From NCBI GenBank assembly GCA_964426185.1, contig CAYRPF010000061.1:10637-21209 (forward strand): DNA of 10,573 nucleotides, in the 5' to 3' direction. Every line of letters begins with the position of its first letter. Within the stretch, counting starts at the first letter, position 1. The DNA is from an uncultured archaeon. Its GTDB lineage: Archaea; Asgardarchaeota; Lokiarchaeia; Sigyniarchaeales; Promethearchaeaceae. The translations under genes were made by a program, and so were the position numbers. Under the pieces are notes generated by a model. The model was not told the DNA's origin and did no database searches. It saw only the letters and a list, made by a program, of their open reading frames with translations. Shown here in pieces: positions 1 through 7,509 of the stretch.

Positions 1-45
1 TGTTAATAGGTTTTTTATCTGCGTGTGAATTATTTTGCTTATATT

Positions 46-846
46 ATGAAAAATCGAAAAGTCTTTGTTCTTAACCCCACTCAGTCAAAGCGGTTGATAG
101 CAAAAGGGGTGATCAGCCTTCCTCAAGTTCAACAAGCACTGCATGAGGGTAAAATCTATATCAGCAGAGGTTCCACCAATGCTTACGTTTTAGAAGAATT
201 TTATCAAACTATAGGACAACCTCGTGAATTCAATAAAGGTGATTTTGTAGCAGGTCAAATAGTTCCGAATGGGCCAGAGAAATTCATGAAATGGTGGGTA
301 AATAAGGGCAACCGCTTGGATGAAGTTCTATTTGTGAAAGGAAAACCCGCTAAATTTGAGGATAGAGTGAAAGAAATCCGAAAATTTACTCAAGGAGATC
401 TTTTTATTAAAGGAGCAAATGCTTTGGATCTTCAAGGTATTCCTGCAGTCTTGGTAGGAGGTAAAGATGGGGGAACTATTGGCACGTTACAAGGTATTCT
501 CCAAGCTAAAGGAATTGAAATCATTTGTCCTATCGGATTAGAGAAGTTGGTGTTTCATCCAGTATCGGAAACTCAATTCGTGATGGGAATGGAAAAAATG
601 GATACACCTATGGAAGGAATCCCTTGTGGATTAATCCCCATGATTTCAGCCACCGTTATCACCGAAATTGAAGCTATGGAAGCCTTGTTCGAATGTGAAG
701 TATTTCATGTGGCATCAGGAGGTGTAGGCGGGGCGGAAGGATGTATTAGTTTACTGGTAGATGCATACGATGATGCAGAAATGAAGCGAATAATCAAATT
801 TATGGAAAAAATCGCTCGAGAACCTATATATCAGCCAAATACATGA
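46..846 (+). CDS. Conserved hypothetical protein, probable NagB/RpiA/CoA-transferase (ISOCOT)-like alpha/beta fold
   Basis: Long ORF. The track starts at GTG 25, but in-frame ATG 46 (MKNRKVFVLNPTQSKRLIAKGV) is the more plausible start. Motifs SRGSTNAYV, FIKGANALD...GGKDGGTIG, PIGLEK, ITEIEA and ASGGVGGAEG resemble an uncharacterised family I recall from anaerobic prokaryotes. The fold call rests on the G-S/T-T and KGAN-like motifs and is inference. Confidence 0.75.
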   Translation: MKNRKVFVLNPTQSKRLIAKGVISLPQVQQALHEGKIYISRGSTNAYVLEEFYQTIGQPREFNKGDFVAGQIVPNGPEKFMKWWVNKGNRLDEVLFVKGKPAKFEDRVKEIRKFTQGDLFIKGANALDLQGIPAVLVGGKDGGTIGTLQGILQAKGIEIICPIGLEKLVFHPVSETQFVMGMEKMDTPMEGIPCGLIPMISATVITEIEAMEALFECEVFHVASGGVGGAEGCISLLVDAYDDAEMKRIIKFMEKIAREPIYQPNT

Positions 847-850
847 ATTA

Positions 851-900
851 CCTTTCATTGCTTCTTTTCACTTTTTCGTATTTTATTCCCTTTATTTGTT
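851..900 (+). terminator. Oligo-T/pyrimidine-rich archaeal-type terminator region
   Basis: Several T-runs (cttcttttcactttttcgtattttattccctttatttgtt) begin right after the TGA stop at 844-846. Confidence 0.5.
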
Positions 901-1012
901 AAAAAATTTTACTCTTTAAATACACCCTCCTTTATCCATAACTTCAAATATAACTTCACAAACCAAACAATCTTCTAATATATTGGAGATTTTCATGCTA
1001 AAAACAAATAGG

Positions 1013-1065
1013 TTTAAATATTCTTTCCTTCAAATCTTATAATATCGGTTTTTATAAAATTGATA
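1013..1065 (+). promoter_or_regulatory. Candidate TATA boxes for the membrane-protein gene
   Basis: TTTAAATA at 1013-1020 and TTTATAAA at 1051-1058. The second sits inside an imperfect palindrome, tatcggtttttataaaattgata (1043-1065). Which one is used cannot be determined. Confidence 0.3.
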
Positions 1066-1144
1066 CCGTTTTTTAGGATTTCATATTTTTCGATTTAATT
1101 TCGAGATAAATTTAATAAAACATAACGAGACGAGATGAAAGAAC

Positions 1145-1972
1145 ATGGTTGAAGTGGAAAAAAATTATAAGTTGGGCGGTTTAACCGCAATTATTGGCGG
1201 GCTTATAGGAATTGGACTGAATTTTTACTTCTTTTTGATTACATATAAACCCCTAATTGCAGCCCAAGCAATTAAATGCGGTCCGGGTTGTGAACTGGTT
1301 ATAACCTATATGTTAGCCGCTTTCAATGATATCGGTATTATAAGTGGTATTCTTTATTGTATCAGTGCCTTTGGGTTCTTCAATAAAGAGAAATGGGCAT
1401 ATAATCTTGCAGTGGTGGCGAATGTATTAGCTTTATGGACCAGCTTCTGGCCTAATATTCCGATTTTAGATGTAATGGGTGCAGGTTTCACAGGCTTTTT
1501 TCCCTATTATATCTTCATCTTTCTACCAAATATATTATTATACTTAATTTTTAATCTATTTGTCGGAAAGCGTAATTGGGGACGGATTTTGGTGGGTTTA
1601 TTGACCGGAATGGCATTTATTATGGCGTTTATTAACGGAACAGCGAGCCTTAATATTATGTATGTAAAAGGTTTGGCTGATATGGATAATACTCTGTATG
1701 TTATGTCAAACCGGCTATTTTGGCTTTCAGCCTTTGGTTTTGGAATAGTTACCATTGGTATCATGTTGAAACCAAAGAAATGGGTTAGAATGCTTGGAAT
1801 TGCAAGTTCAATCATCAGCATTTTATTTGGAATTCCAATGGGTTATATAACTACCATCACAAAAGGAGAGTTTTCCATGTATTTTGGGGCGCCAGCAATG
1901 AGTTTACTCCTATTATTTCTGTTTGTAATACCTACCTTGTGGAATAAAATCCTTAAAACCGATGAAAGTTGA
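1145..1972 (+). CDS. Multi-pass (about 7-8 TM) integral membrane protein of unknown function
   Basis: 275-aa ORF with repeated hydrophobic ~20-aa stretches separated by short K/R-W loops (NKEKWAY, GKRNWGR, KPKKWVR), and a CGPGC motif in the first loop. Confidence 0.85.
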   Translation: MVEVEKNYKLGGLTAIIGGLIGIGLNFYFFLITYKPLIAAQAIKCGPGCELVITYMLAAFNDIGIISGILYCISAFGFFNKEKWAYNLAVVANVLALWTSFWPNIPILDVMGAGFTGFFPYYIFIFLPNILLYLIFNLFVGKRNWGRILVGLLTGMAFIMAFINGTASLNIMYVKGLADMDNTLYVMSNRLFWLSAFGFGIVTIGIMLKPKKWVRMLGIASSIISILFGIPMGYITTITKGEFSMYFGAPAMSLLLLFLFVIPTLWNKILKTDES

Positions 1973-1989
1973 AAGTGAAGAAAAAAGTA

Positions 1990-2007
1990 TTTTTTTTAAT
2001 TTTTTCC
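1990..2007 (+). terminator. Oligo-T terminator of the membrane-protein gene
   Basis: T8-AA-T6 run starting about 18 nt after the stop codon. Confidence 0.5.
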
Positions 2008-2170
2008 AATCCAAGTATTCAATCGAGATGAAATTAACCAAATAAAGTGCCGTAATTATTAGTAAAATCAAATAAAAAGTAGAGAATTATACCGATACGG
2101 CACAAGCTCCGATTCCTATCATTCCAATGAAATTTACAGCAAAGTGATTCAAACCAAATTTGAGTTTTTT

Positions 2171-2189
2171 AAAAAATCAAAGGAAAAAA
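2171..2189 (-). terminator. Oligo-T terminator of the tRNA (and possibly polC) transcript
   Basis: Minus strand reads TTTTTTCCTTTGATTTTTT immediately after the tRNA CCA. Confidence 0.6.
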
Positions 2190-2299
2190 TGGCGCACGCG
2201 ATGGTATTCGAAACCATGAAGGCGGGTGCCTACTGGATCTCAAGTCCAGCGCCGTTTTGGCGAAATCATTCGATTTCTCGACCACTTGGCTACGCGTGC
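2190..2299 (-). tRNA. tRNA-Ser(TGA) with a D-loop intron and encoded CCA
   Basis: Minus strand: GCACGCG TA GCC AAGTGGTCG[intron]AC GGC G CTGGA CT-TGA-GA TCCAG T AGGC-ACCC-GCCT TC ATGGT-TTCGAAT-ACCAT CGCGTGC G CCA. It has a perfect 7-bp acceptor stem, a 5-bp anticodon stem (anticodon at 2240-2242), a class II long variable arm and a G73 discriminator, all consistent with Ser. Length is 110 nt, or 87 nt spliced. Confidence 0.95.
2256..2278 (-). other. 23-nt tRNA intron at non-canonical position ~20b/21, bulge-helix-bulge motif
   Basis: UGGU pairs with GCCA (4-bp central helix), flanked by 3-nt bulges CGA and AAA, with an inner hairpin GAAAUC-GAAU-GAUUUC. Cutting after the 2nd nucleotide of each bulge restores a normal D-arm, GCC-AAGUGGUCGAC-GGC. 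Confidence 0.85.
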
Positions 2300-2382
2300 A
2301 TTTTTGATTGATCTTATTTAAAGGTGATTCCGATCTACGATTAAAAAGTGGGCGATTTTTAATAAATTTTTGTCTCAGTGAA

Positions 2383-5300
2383 TTATTTGAAAAAGGAAAC
2401 GATGGATTTTTGCTTAACACGAGGATTATCGGTGAGATCTTTTACGTTACGTTCAATCAATTTCCATCGTTGTTCTGTATAATCTCCCAAAGCAAATTCA
2501 CGAATAAAAGATTGGGCTTTGGACAAATATTTAGTAATTCCTCCTGGATGAACAGTCATCAGCAAATCATTCCCACATTTAGTGCATCTGCCCATAAGCG
2601 GAATCCTTCTATATTTTGCCCCACATTTAGGGCAACGAAAACTTTGCGTGGAAAAAGCCCGCAGGTTTCCCAATATGTCAGGAGCAAAATGCGAAGAAAT
2701 TACTTTTCGTGCCACATCTTGGATATTTACTGCTTGAATTGTCTTAGCTAGATAGAGTTGTGATTCAATTTTTTCTTCCATAGTTTCTAGAACGGAGTAC
2801 ATGGATCTTCGAGGGCCTAAATTGATAGATTTGGTGGGATGAGTGAACATGCTACCTTCAAATTGGGCTTCGGTTCCTAAATAATTTGCAAATAATTTCA
2901 TGTATTTCAATTTGGGTTTACAGAATGTTTGCGAATCTTTATAAAATTGAAGCGGATATTGAGCCATGTAATCTACATTATGACTTTCTCCGTCCACTTC
3001 ACGGGGATCCAACAGTAAGGAAATAACTAAAGGAGCGTCCATCTTTCCACCGAGAGAAGATGGAAGATAATAGAGTGAGAAATTCAGCAAACATTCTAGC
3101 AACAACATAATTCCATCTTCATCACCATCGCAGTTATGAGTAAGTATATACTCGTTAACTAACAATGTGTGATGGGGTGAAACTTCCAGAGAGTAGACAT
3201 ATTCATTTTCACGTGAAACTATTTCAATTTCACAAACCGGAATTAATAAATTATCTCCGAGCATGGTCATATCTCTAAGATTATCACTTAAACCATCCAC
3301 CAACTGCTTAACTGCATTATTTTTCCGTGTGGAAGTAAACCCAACTGAATTTTGAAATTTTTGCACATCTTCTCCATATAATCTCAAGTTATATTCAACG
3401 ATCCCATTTTTTTCTAAAGATTTAATACTTCCAAAGATTCCATATCGGAGTAGACAAAAGTCTAGGTCAGATGCCAGTTTGCGGCTGAAAGAAGAACAAT
3501 ATATCTCGTTCTCAGAATCAACTGAACCATTTCCGCTGAAGTATGCGGCTAACATAGGCTTTATTTTATTTAAGGGGAGATTTTTGATGAAATCGGGAAT
3601 AAATTTATCTCGAGATTTTGAACGAAATCCCAAGATGTCTGTGAAAAAGGAATGAATGGTATGGGAACTTATAGTAACTTGTCCAAGTTCGATGTGAGAT
3701 TTAAAACCTTCTCCGAAAACTTCTGTAATACTGGCTAAAATATCATTTTTAATATCATTTCCAACATCATCTTCTATTCCTGCAATACTAACTTGGTCGG
3801 TGAATTCTGTGCTGTGAGCATATCCTTGCAGTTTTAGACTTTCGGATAAATAATATCCAATTAACTTCATTAAGGCTGAGTTGACCCCAATTTTACGTGG
3901 GATGAACGTGTGGTCTTGTTTGAAGCCAATGGAGCAATTCGGTACATCTTCCATTTTTTTTCCCGTGAGTTCTAATAACCTGAGTAAAATGTTGAGCGGT
4001 ATGGTATCGTTTGAGTCGGAGTAATTAGAGAGTGTTTCTTTATGAATATCTAATCTGGAGGCGGTTTCTTGGAGTCCATGGATTTCTACTAATGATTTAA
4101 CGAACGTACGCAACCCTCGTAGCATTATTGTATCCCATATAGATTCAAAATCTGGATCTTGGTATCGGTAAAATAAATCCAATTCATCTATATCGATAGT
4201 GGGGATGGTTAAGCGAGGTAAGACAAAATAATCCCCTTTTTTGACCTCTAATGCTTTTATGGTTACCAGTTTTTGGTCCCGAGAAACTAAAACTTGGTGA
4301 TCAGGAGTTACCTTAAAACTACGCCCAGTGCGAAGTCTAAATTGAATAAGTGTGTCAGTTGATGGTACTTTCATCACACGTTGAATCAGTGCAGGAAGGG
4401 TTTGGTGAGTGTTAGGATCAAAGGAAAGGACTTGTACCTCTTTGAGATTTTTATTTTTCACAAAACCTTGTTCTTCGGATTCCTCTCCACCGAATAAGTC
4501 TTCATAGAGTTTTTCAAACGATATTTGTTTGGTAAGACCATTTTCTATAATAGTTACCTTTGTCTGAGGTGGAAAACAATTTCTTCTTTTTGCAGCATGC
4601 CAATATGGGTGGGCATATCCAGATTCAGCATATGTGAATCCGATTAGTCGCCCAATGATTCCAGCCGAAGTGTGTGGAGCTAAACCTACCATGTAATGTC
4701 CTATCAGATCATACTTAGTTTGAACGTTGTAAAAGCGTGGTTGATGATACAAGTATTCTAATTCATCATCTACAAAATTCGCCACTTTGACAAAATAATC
4801 TCCTAAATGATGGGTGAGTAGCACATCTTGAACTTTTAATTCAATAATTTGGGCTTCACTGGAAATAGGTTCGCCGTAAATATCTACATCATAACCCAAT
4901 TCACGAATAGTGTCCACACTAGTATCTATTTCTTTGCAAGTAAAATGAGTTAGGGGGATATCTGTAGCATCGGCCCGAATAGTTCCATCTTTATAGACAA
5001 AAACATCGTTTATGGCGCGCAAAATACCTTTTTCAATGGGTTCTGGAATTTTATACTCTGATGACATTCCTTTTACTCCTTTAACGGTAGGAATAGTTTT
5101 TGGTATTTTTGCTGCAGCGGCCTCAAAATAGCGTTTAAGCGAAAAACTTTTGATTGAAGTAGAACTAAGAAAACTACCACAGTTGGGGCAATTTAACGTT
5201 TTTATATCATAGAGTCGGTTACATCGGGGGCAAATTTTCTGTAAAATTGTCTGAACATGACAAGAAGGACATTGATTTAAAAAGGTAACAGATTTACATT

Positions 5301-7509
5301 TAGGACAAATTTTTTGACAAATCTCTACTTTAATGCTTGGAACCCCGATAGCATTTTGCAAACTCCTTTGTAATTTTGAATCATGACCGATGGGAAAAAG
5401 AGAGTGGACTGGAGGTTTCATTTTCCGTTCTTTTGCCTTTTCTGGCCGACCCATACGACTTCCCATATAGTATGGGGCTTTATCTGGCACAATTAAAGTA
5501 GTTAAATAAGGAAACAGTTCTAATGCAGTTTTTTTTAACGTTAATTCGGATATAGAAGAAATATTCAAATTTGCAACACGAGAAGAACCAAAACCAAAAA
5601 TTTCAAAGAAAACGAATGCGCGATCAGGATCTAACCATAGACCTGTTTCTCGAACTTGATGAATAACAAACCCATTTTCCATGGCATTTTTAACTTCATG
5701 ACTATTTGGGATAATTAACCCTTCGTGTAGGATTTCTTCGAGTTTTAAATAAGAAATTTTTACTCCTGGAAGATCTTTCACATCTACCTTTAATAGTTGA
5801 GAAAAACCTTCAGCTAAAGCATTTCTAATGGAGAGTAATTCTGTACCGTTAACATTCCCCCAATGATCCAAATATCGAGGATGAATGCCAACTTGATAAT
5901 TAATTGCTAATTCAACTGCTTCCCTGCTTGAAGGAATGTTATCAAACGGATTCTTAATAAACTTGAGTAAATTTTCCATAGAAAGGTCATCAATCTTTGT
6001 TTTTCCTTCATTTTTCGAAAGATCATGTTTTTTTTTTACATTTTCTTCCAATTCGACTGCCCACCATTCTTCCACATAGCCAGATGGTAAAACAATATGA
6101 TTATTCTCAACAAATTCACCGTATCCAAACAGCATGTCTCCGAGAAATAATATTTTTTCGGCTAACTTCTTCTTTTGAATATTAATGGCATCTTGATAAT
6201 TCCACAATTGTTTAACTTCCCCTGATTTAAGCAAAACAATTGGTGGTTCAACTGAGGTTACTGGCATGGTAGAACCACTCTTTCCTGGGCGCTCTATTCT
6301 AATTTGAGTTCCGATAGCCATAAATTCATTTAAAAGAAACATGGTAGAAGGGTGGATACCACATGCTGCTAATCCAGTATTGCGAGATCGGCCGTATCGA
6401 ATACGATGACCTCCTATTTCAGAAGGATTGGCAAATACTGGACGTCCTGCAATGATATCAGCAATATATTTGTCCAATGGAGGGTTTTTCTTTGCTAATT
6501 CTTTGTATCGTAATTGCACTGGGGTTAATGGTTTTGAATTAGTGGTAGAGTTTTCTTCCAATAGAGGTCCGATTTCTCTTACTTTTTTACCTTTATAGGT
6601 ATCTCCTCCGTAATCTTTTGCTTTGTCTTTTTCTTGAAGTTCCGTTTTATTGGAAGCATGACCAAGTTTTTTCAATTCACTTAACCATTCCCAACTGGGA
6701 ATATTTCGTTTTTCGATGATTCTAAGTATTTTTTTGGATTTGAGCAAAACACCATCATTTAAGACTAAGCAAGGTCCACCTCGAACAAAATTCGTTTCAA
6801 TTCGGGGTAAATCCCGATGGGCTGAAACTTCGCGTTGTTCTGTAGGATCTCCATTAAGTTCAACCGTTAAATGTCGAATGGCGAATCCAAGTTCTTCATT
6901 GGTTGAGGGATATTGAAGATTCATTATCCGATCATACAATTTTACCTCTTCAATAAATCTAGCTACTTCATCTTCGGTAGCAATCCATTTAGCAATTCCC
7001 ATTTTCTGGCGAACGTGTTCAGCACACAAGACTGCAAAAGCTTGTACTGTTCCTCCTGCAGCCCGAATTGGACCTGCAAAGTACAATGCTAAGTAGGGCT
7101 CGCCCCCTAACATGTTTTCTCGAATAATTACTTTTGCAATTCCTTCTAATGGTGCGGAAACGACTCCTTCTGTTTTAATGGCTAAAGCCAAGCGGATTGC
7201 ACGATCAACTTTTTCATCTCGTGAAAATTCGCCCAATTTATCTTCTATTAACCAGTCCATTGATCGGAAACATAGTTCATCTTGATCTGCACCTTCTTCC
7301 TTCCATTTTCGTAGAAGATCCGCAATTCCAGGGGGTCCTACCAATTTTTCTACCCGTCCTGCCATATCTCGCGCTTGAGGTGATTCCACATTTGGAACTG
7401 GATCAACTCCTATTTTACGCGCTTTTTCTGCAAAAATATAAATTTTTTCCACATCACGTTCAATACGGGCAAAGTATTTGCGGTATTTCTCACTCATAAC
7501 TACGGGCAT
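2383..7509 (-). CDS. polC: DNA polymerase D large (catalytic) subunit DP2, intein-containing precursor (1708 aa; about 1226 aa spliced)
   Basis: Hallmark DP2 motifs: TEGVVSAPLEGI, YFAGPIRAAGGT, RYGRSRNTG, GTQIRIERPGK, RMGRPEKAKER, GLAPHTSAG, HAAKRRN/CDGDED (catalytic Asp pair), GGKMDAPLV, GNLRAF, CxxC zinc modules and a C-terminal PIP box. Confidence 0.98.
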   Translation of the reverse strand: MPVVMSEKYRKYFARIERDVEKIYIFAEKARKIGVDPVPNVESPQARDMAGRVEKLVGPPGIADLLRKWKEEGADQDELCFRSMDWLIEDKLGEFSRDEKVDRAIRLALAIKTEGVVSAPLEGIAKVIIRENMLGGEPYLALYFAGPIRAAGGTVQAFAVLCAEHVRQKMGIAKWIATEDEVARFIEEVKLYDRIMNLQYPSTNEELGFAIRHLTVELNGDPTEQREVSAHRDLPRIETNFVRGGPCLVLNDGVLLKSKKILRIIEKRNIPSWEWLSELKKLGHASNKTELQEKDKAKDYGGDTYKGKKVREIGPLLEENSTTNSKPLTPVQLRYKELAKKNPPLDKYIADIIAGRPVFANPSEIGGHRIRYGRSRNTGLAACGIHPSTMFLLNEFMAIGTQIRIERPGKSGSTMPVTSVEPPIVLLKSGEVKQLWNYQDAINIQKKKLAEKILFLGDMLFGYGEFVENNHIVLPSGYVEEWWAVELEENVKKKHDLSKNEGKTKIDDLSMENLLKFIKNPFDNIPSSREAVELAINYQVGIHPRYLDHWGNVNGTELLSIRNALAEGFSQLLKVDVKDLPGVKISYLKLEEILHEGLIIPNSHEVKNAMENGFVIHQVRETGLWLDPDRAFVFFEIFGFGSSRVANLNISSISELTLKKTALELFPYLTTLIVPDKAPYYMGSRMGRPEKAKERKMKPPVHSLFPIGHDSKLQRSLQNAIGVPSIKVEICQKICPKCKSVTFLNQCPSCHVQTILQKICPRCNRLYDIKTLNCPNCGSFLSSTSIKSFSLKRYFEAAAAKIPKTIPTVKGVKGMSSEYKIPEPIEKGILRAINDVFVYKDGTIRADATDIPLTHFTCKEIDTSVDTIRELGYDVDIYGEPISSEAQIIELKVQDVLLTHHLGDYFVKVANFVDDELEYLYHQPRFYNVQTKYDLIGHYMVGLAPHTSAGIIGRLIGFTYAESGYAHPYWHAAKRRNCFPPQTKVTIIENGLTKQISFEKLYEDLFGGEESEEQGFVKNKNLKEVQVLSFDPNTHQTLPALIQRVMKVPSTDTLIQFRLRTGRSFKVTPDHQVLVSRDQKLVTIKALEVKKGDYFVLPRLTIPTIDIDELDLFYRYQDPDFESIWDTIMLRGLRTFVKSLVEIHGLQETASRLDIHKETLSNYSDSNDTIPLNILLRLLELTGKKMEDVPNCSIGFKQDHTFIPRKIGVNSALMKLIGYYLSESLKLQGYAHSTEFTDQVSIAGIEDDVGNDIKNDILASITEVFGEGFKSHIELGQVTISSHTIHSFFTDILGFRSKSRDKFIPDFIKNLPLNKIKPMLAAYFSGNGSVDSENEIYCSSFSRKLASDLDFCLLRYGIFGSIKSLEKNGIVEYNLRLYGEDVQKFQNSVGFTSTRKNNAVKQLVDGLSDNLRDMTMLGDNLLIPVCEIEIVSRENEYVYSLEVSPHHTLLVNEYILTHNCDGDEDGIMLLLECLLNFSLYYLPSSLGGKMDAPLVISLLLDPREVDGESHNVDYMAQYPLQFYKDSQTFCKPKLKYMKLFANYLGTEAQFEGSMFTHPTKSINLGPRRSMYSVLETMEEKIESQLYLAKTIQAVNIQDVARKVISSHFAPDILGNLRAFSTQSFRCPKCGAKYRRIPLMGRCTKCGNDLLMTVHPGGITKYLSKAQSFIREFALGDYTEQRWKLIERNVKDLTDNPRVKQKSIVSFFK
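2389..2412 (-). other. C-terminal PCNA-interacting (PIP) box of DP2
   Basis: QKSIVSFF matches Qxx[LIM]xxFF at the extreme C-terminus. Confidence 0.85.
3133..4578 (-). mobile_element. Intein (482 aa, precursor residues 978-1459) with HTH region and degenerate LAGLIDADG homing endonuclease
   Basis: Starts CFPPQTKV (block A), has VTPDHQV (block B TxxH) and VYSLEV (block F), and ends ILTHN followed by extein Cys. It is inserted between KRRN and CDGDED, a well-known DP2 intein site. LAGLIDADG-like blocks are LIGYYLSE and LAAYFSGNGSV. Confidence 0.95.

Noticed and set aside
844-978. Selenocysteine read-through of the TGA ending the first gene (frame stays open about 43 codons)
   Set aside because: The extension is T-rich terminator-like sequence, there is no redox motif around the TGA, and I could not identify a SECIS-like hairpin.
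1507-1821. 104-aa minus-strand ORF
   Set aside because: Antisense shadow of the membrane-protein gene.
1973-2200. Integrated element at the tRNA 3' end
   Set aside because: No integrase and no duplicated tRNA 3' end (att site) seen in the window.
2190-2299. tRNA-Sec, because the plus strand shows TCA in a 7-nt loop
   Set aside because: Only the minus strand has the correct arm order, T-loop TTCGAAT, D-loop GG and 3' CCA. The anticodon is therefore TGA (Ser), with an ordinary 7/5 acceptor/T-stem.
2169-2420. 83-aa minus-strand ORF
   Set aside because: It overlies the tRNA gene and the polC 3' end and has no recognisable protein features.
2308-2751. 147-aa plus-strand ORF
   Set aside because: Antisense shadow of the conserved DP2 C-terminus.
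5997-7499. Three short plus-strand ORFs (5997-6185, 6716-6916, 7197-7499)
   Set aside because: All lie antisense within polC and show no motifs.
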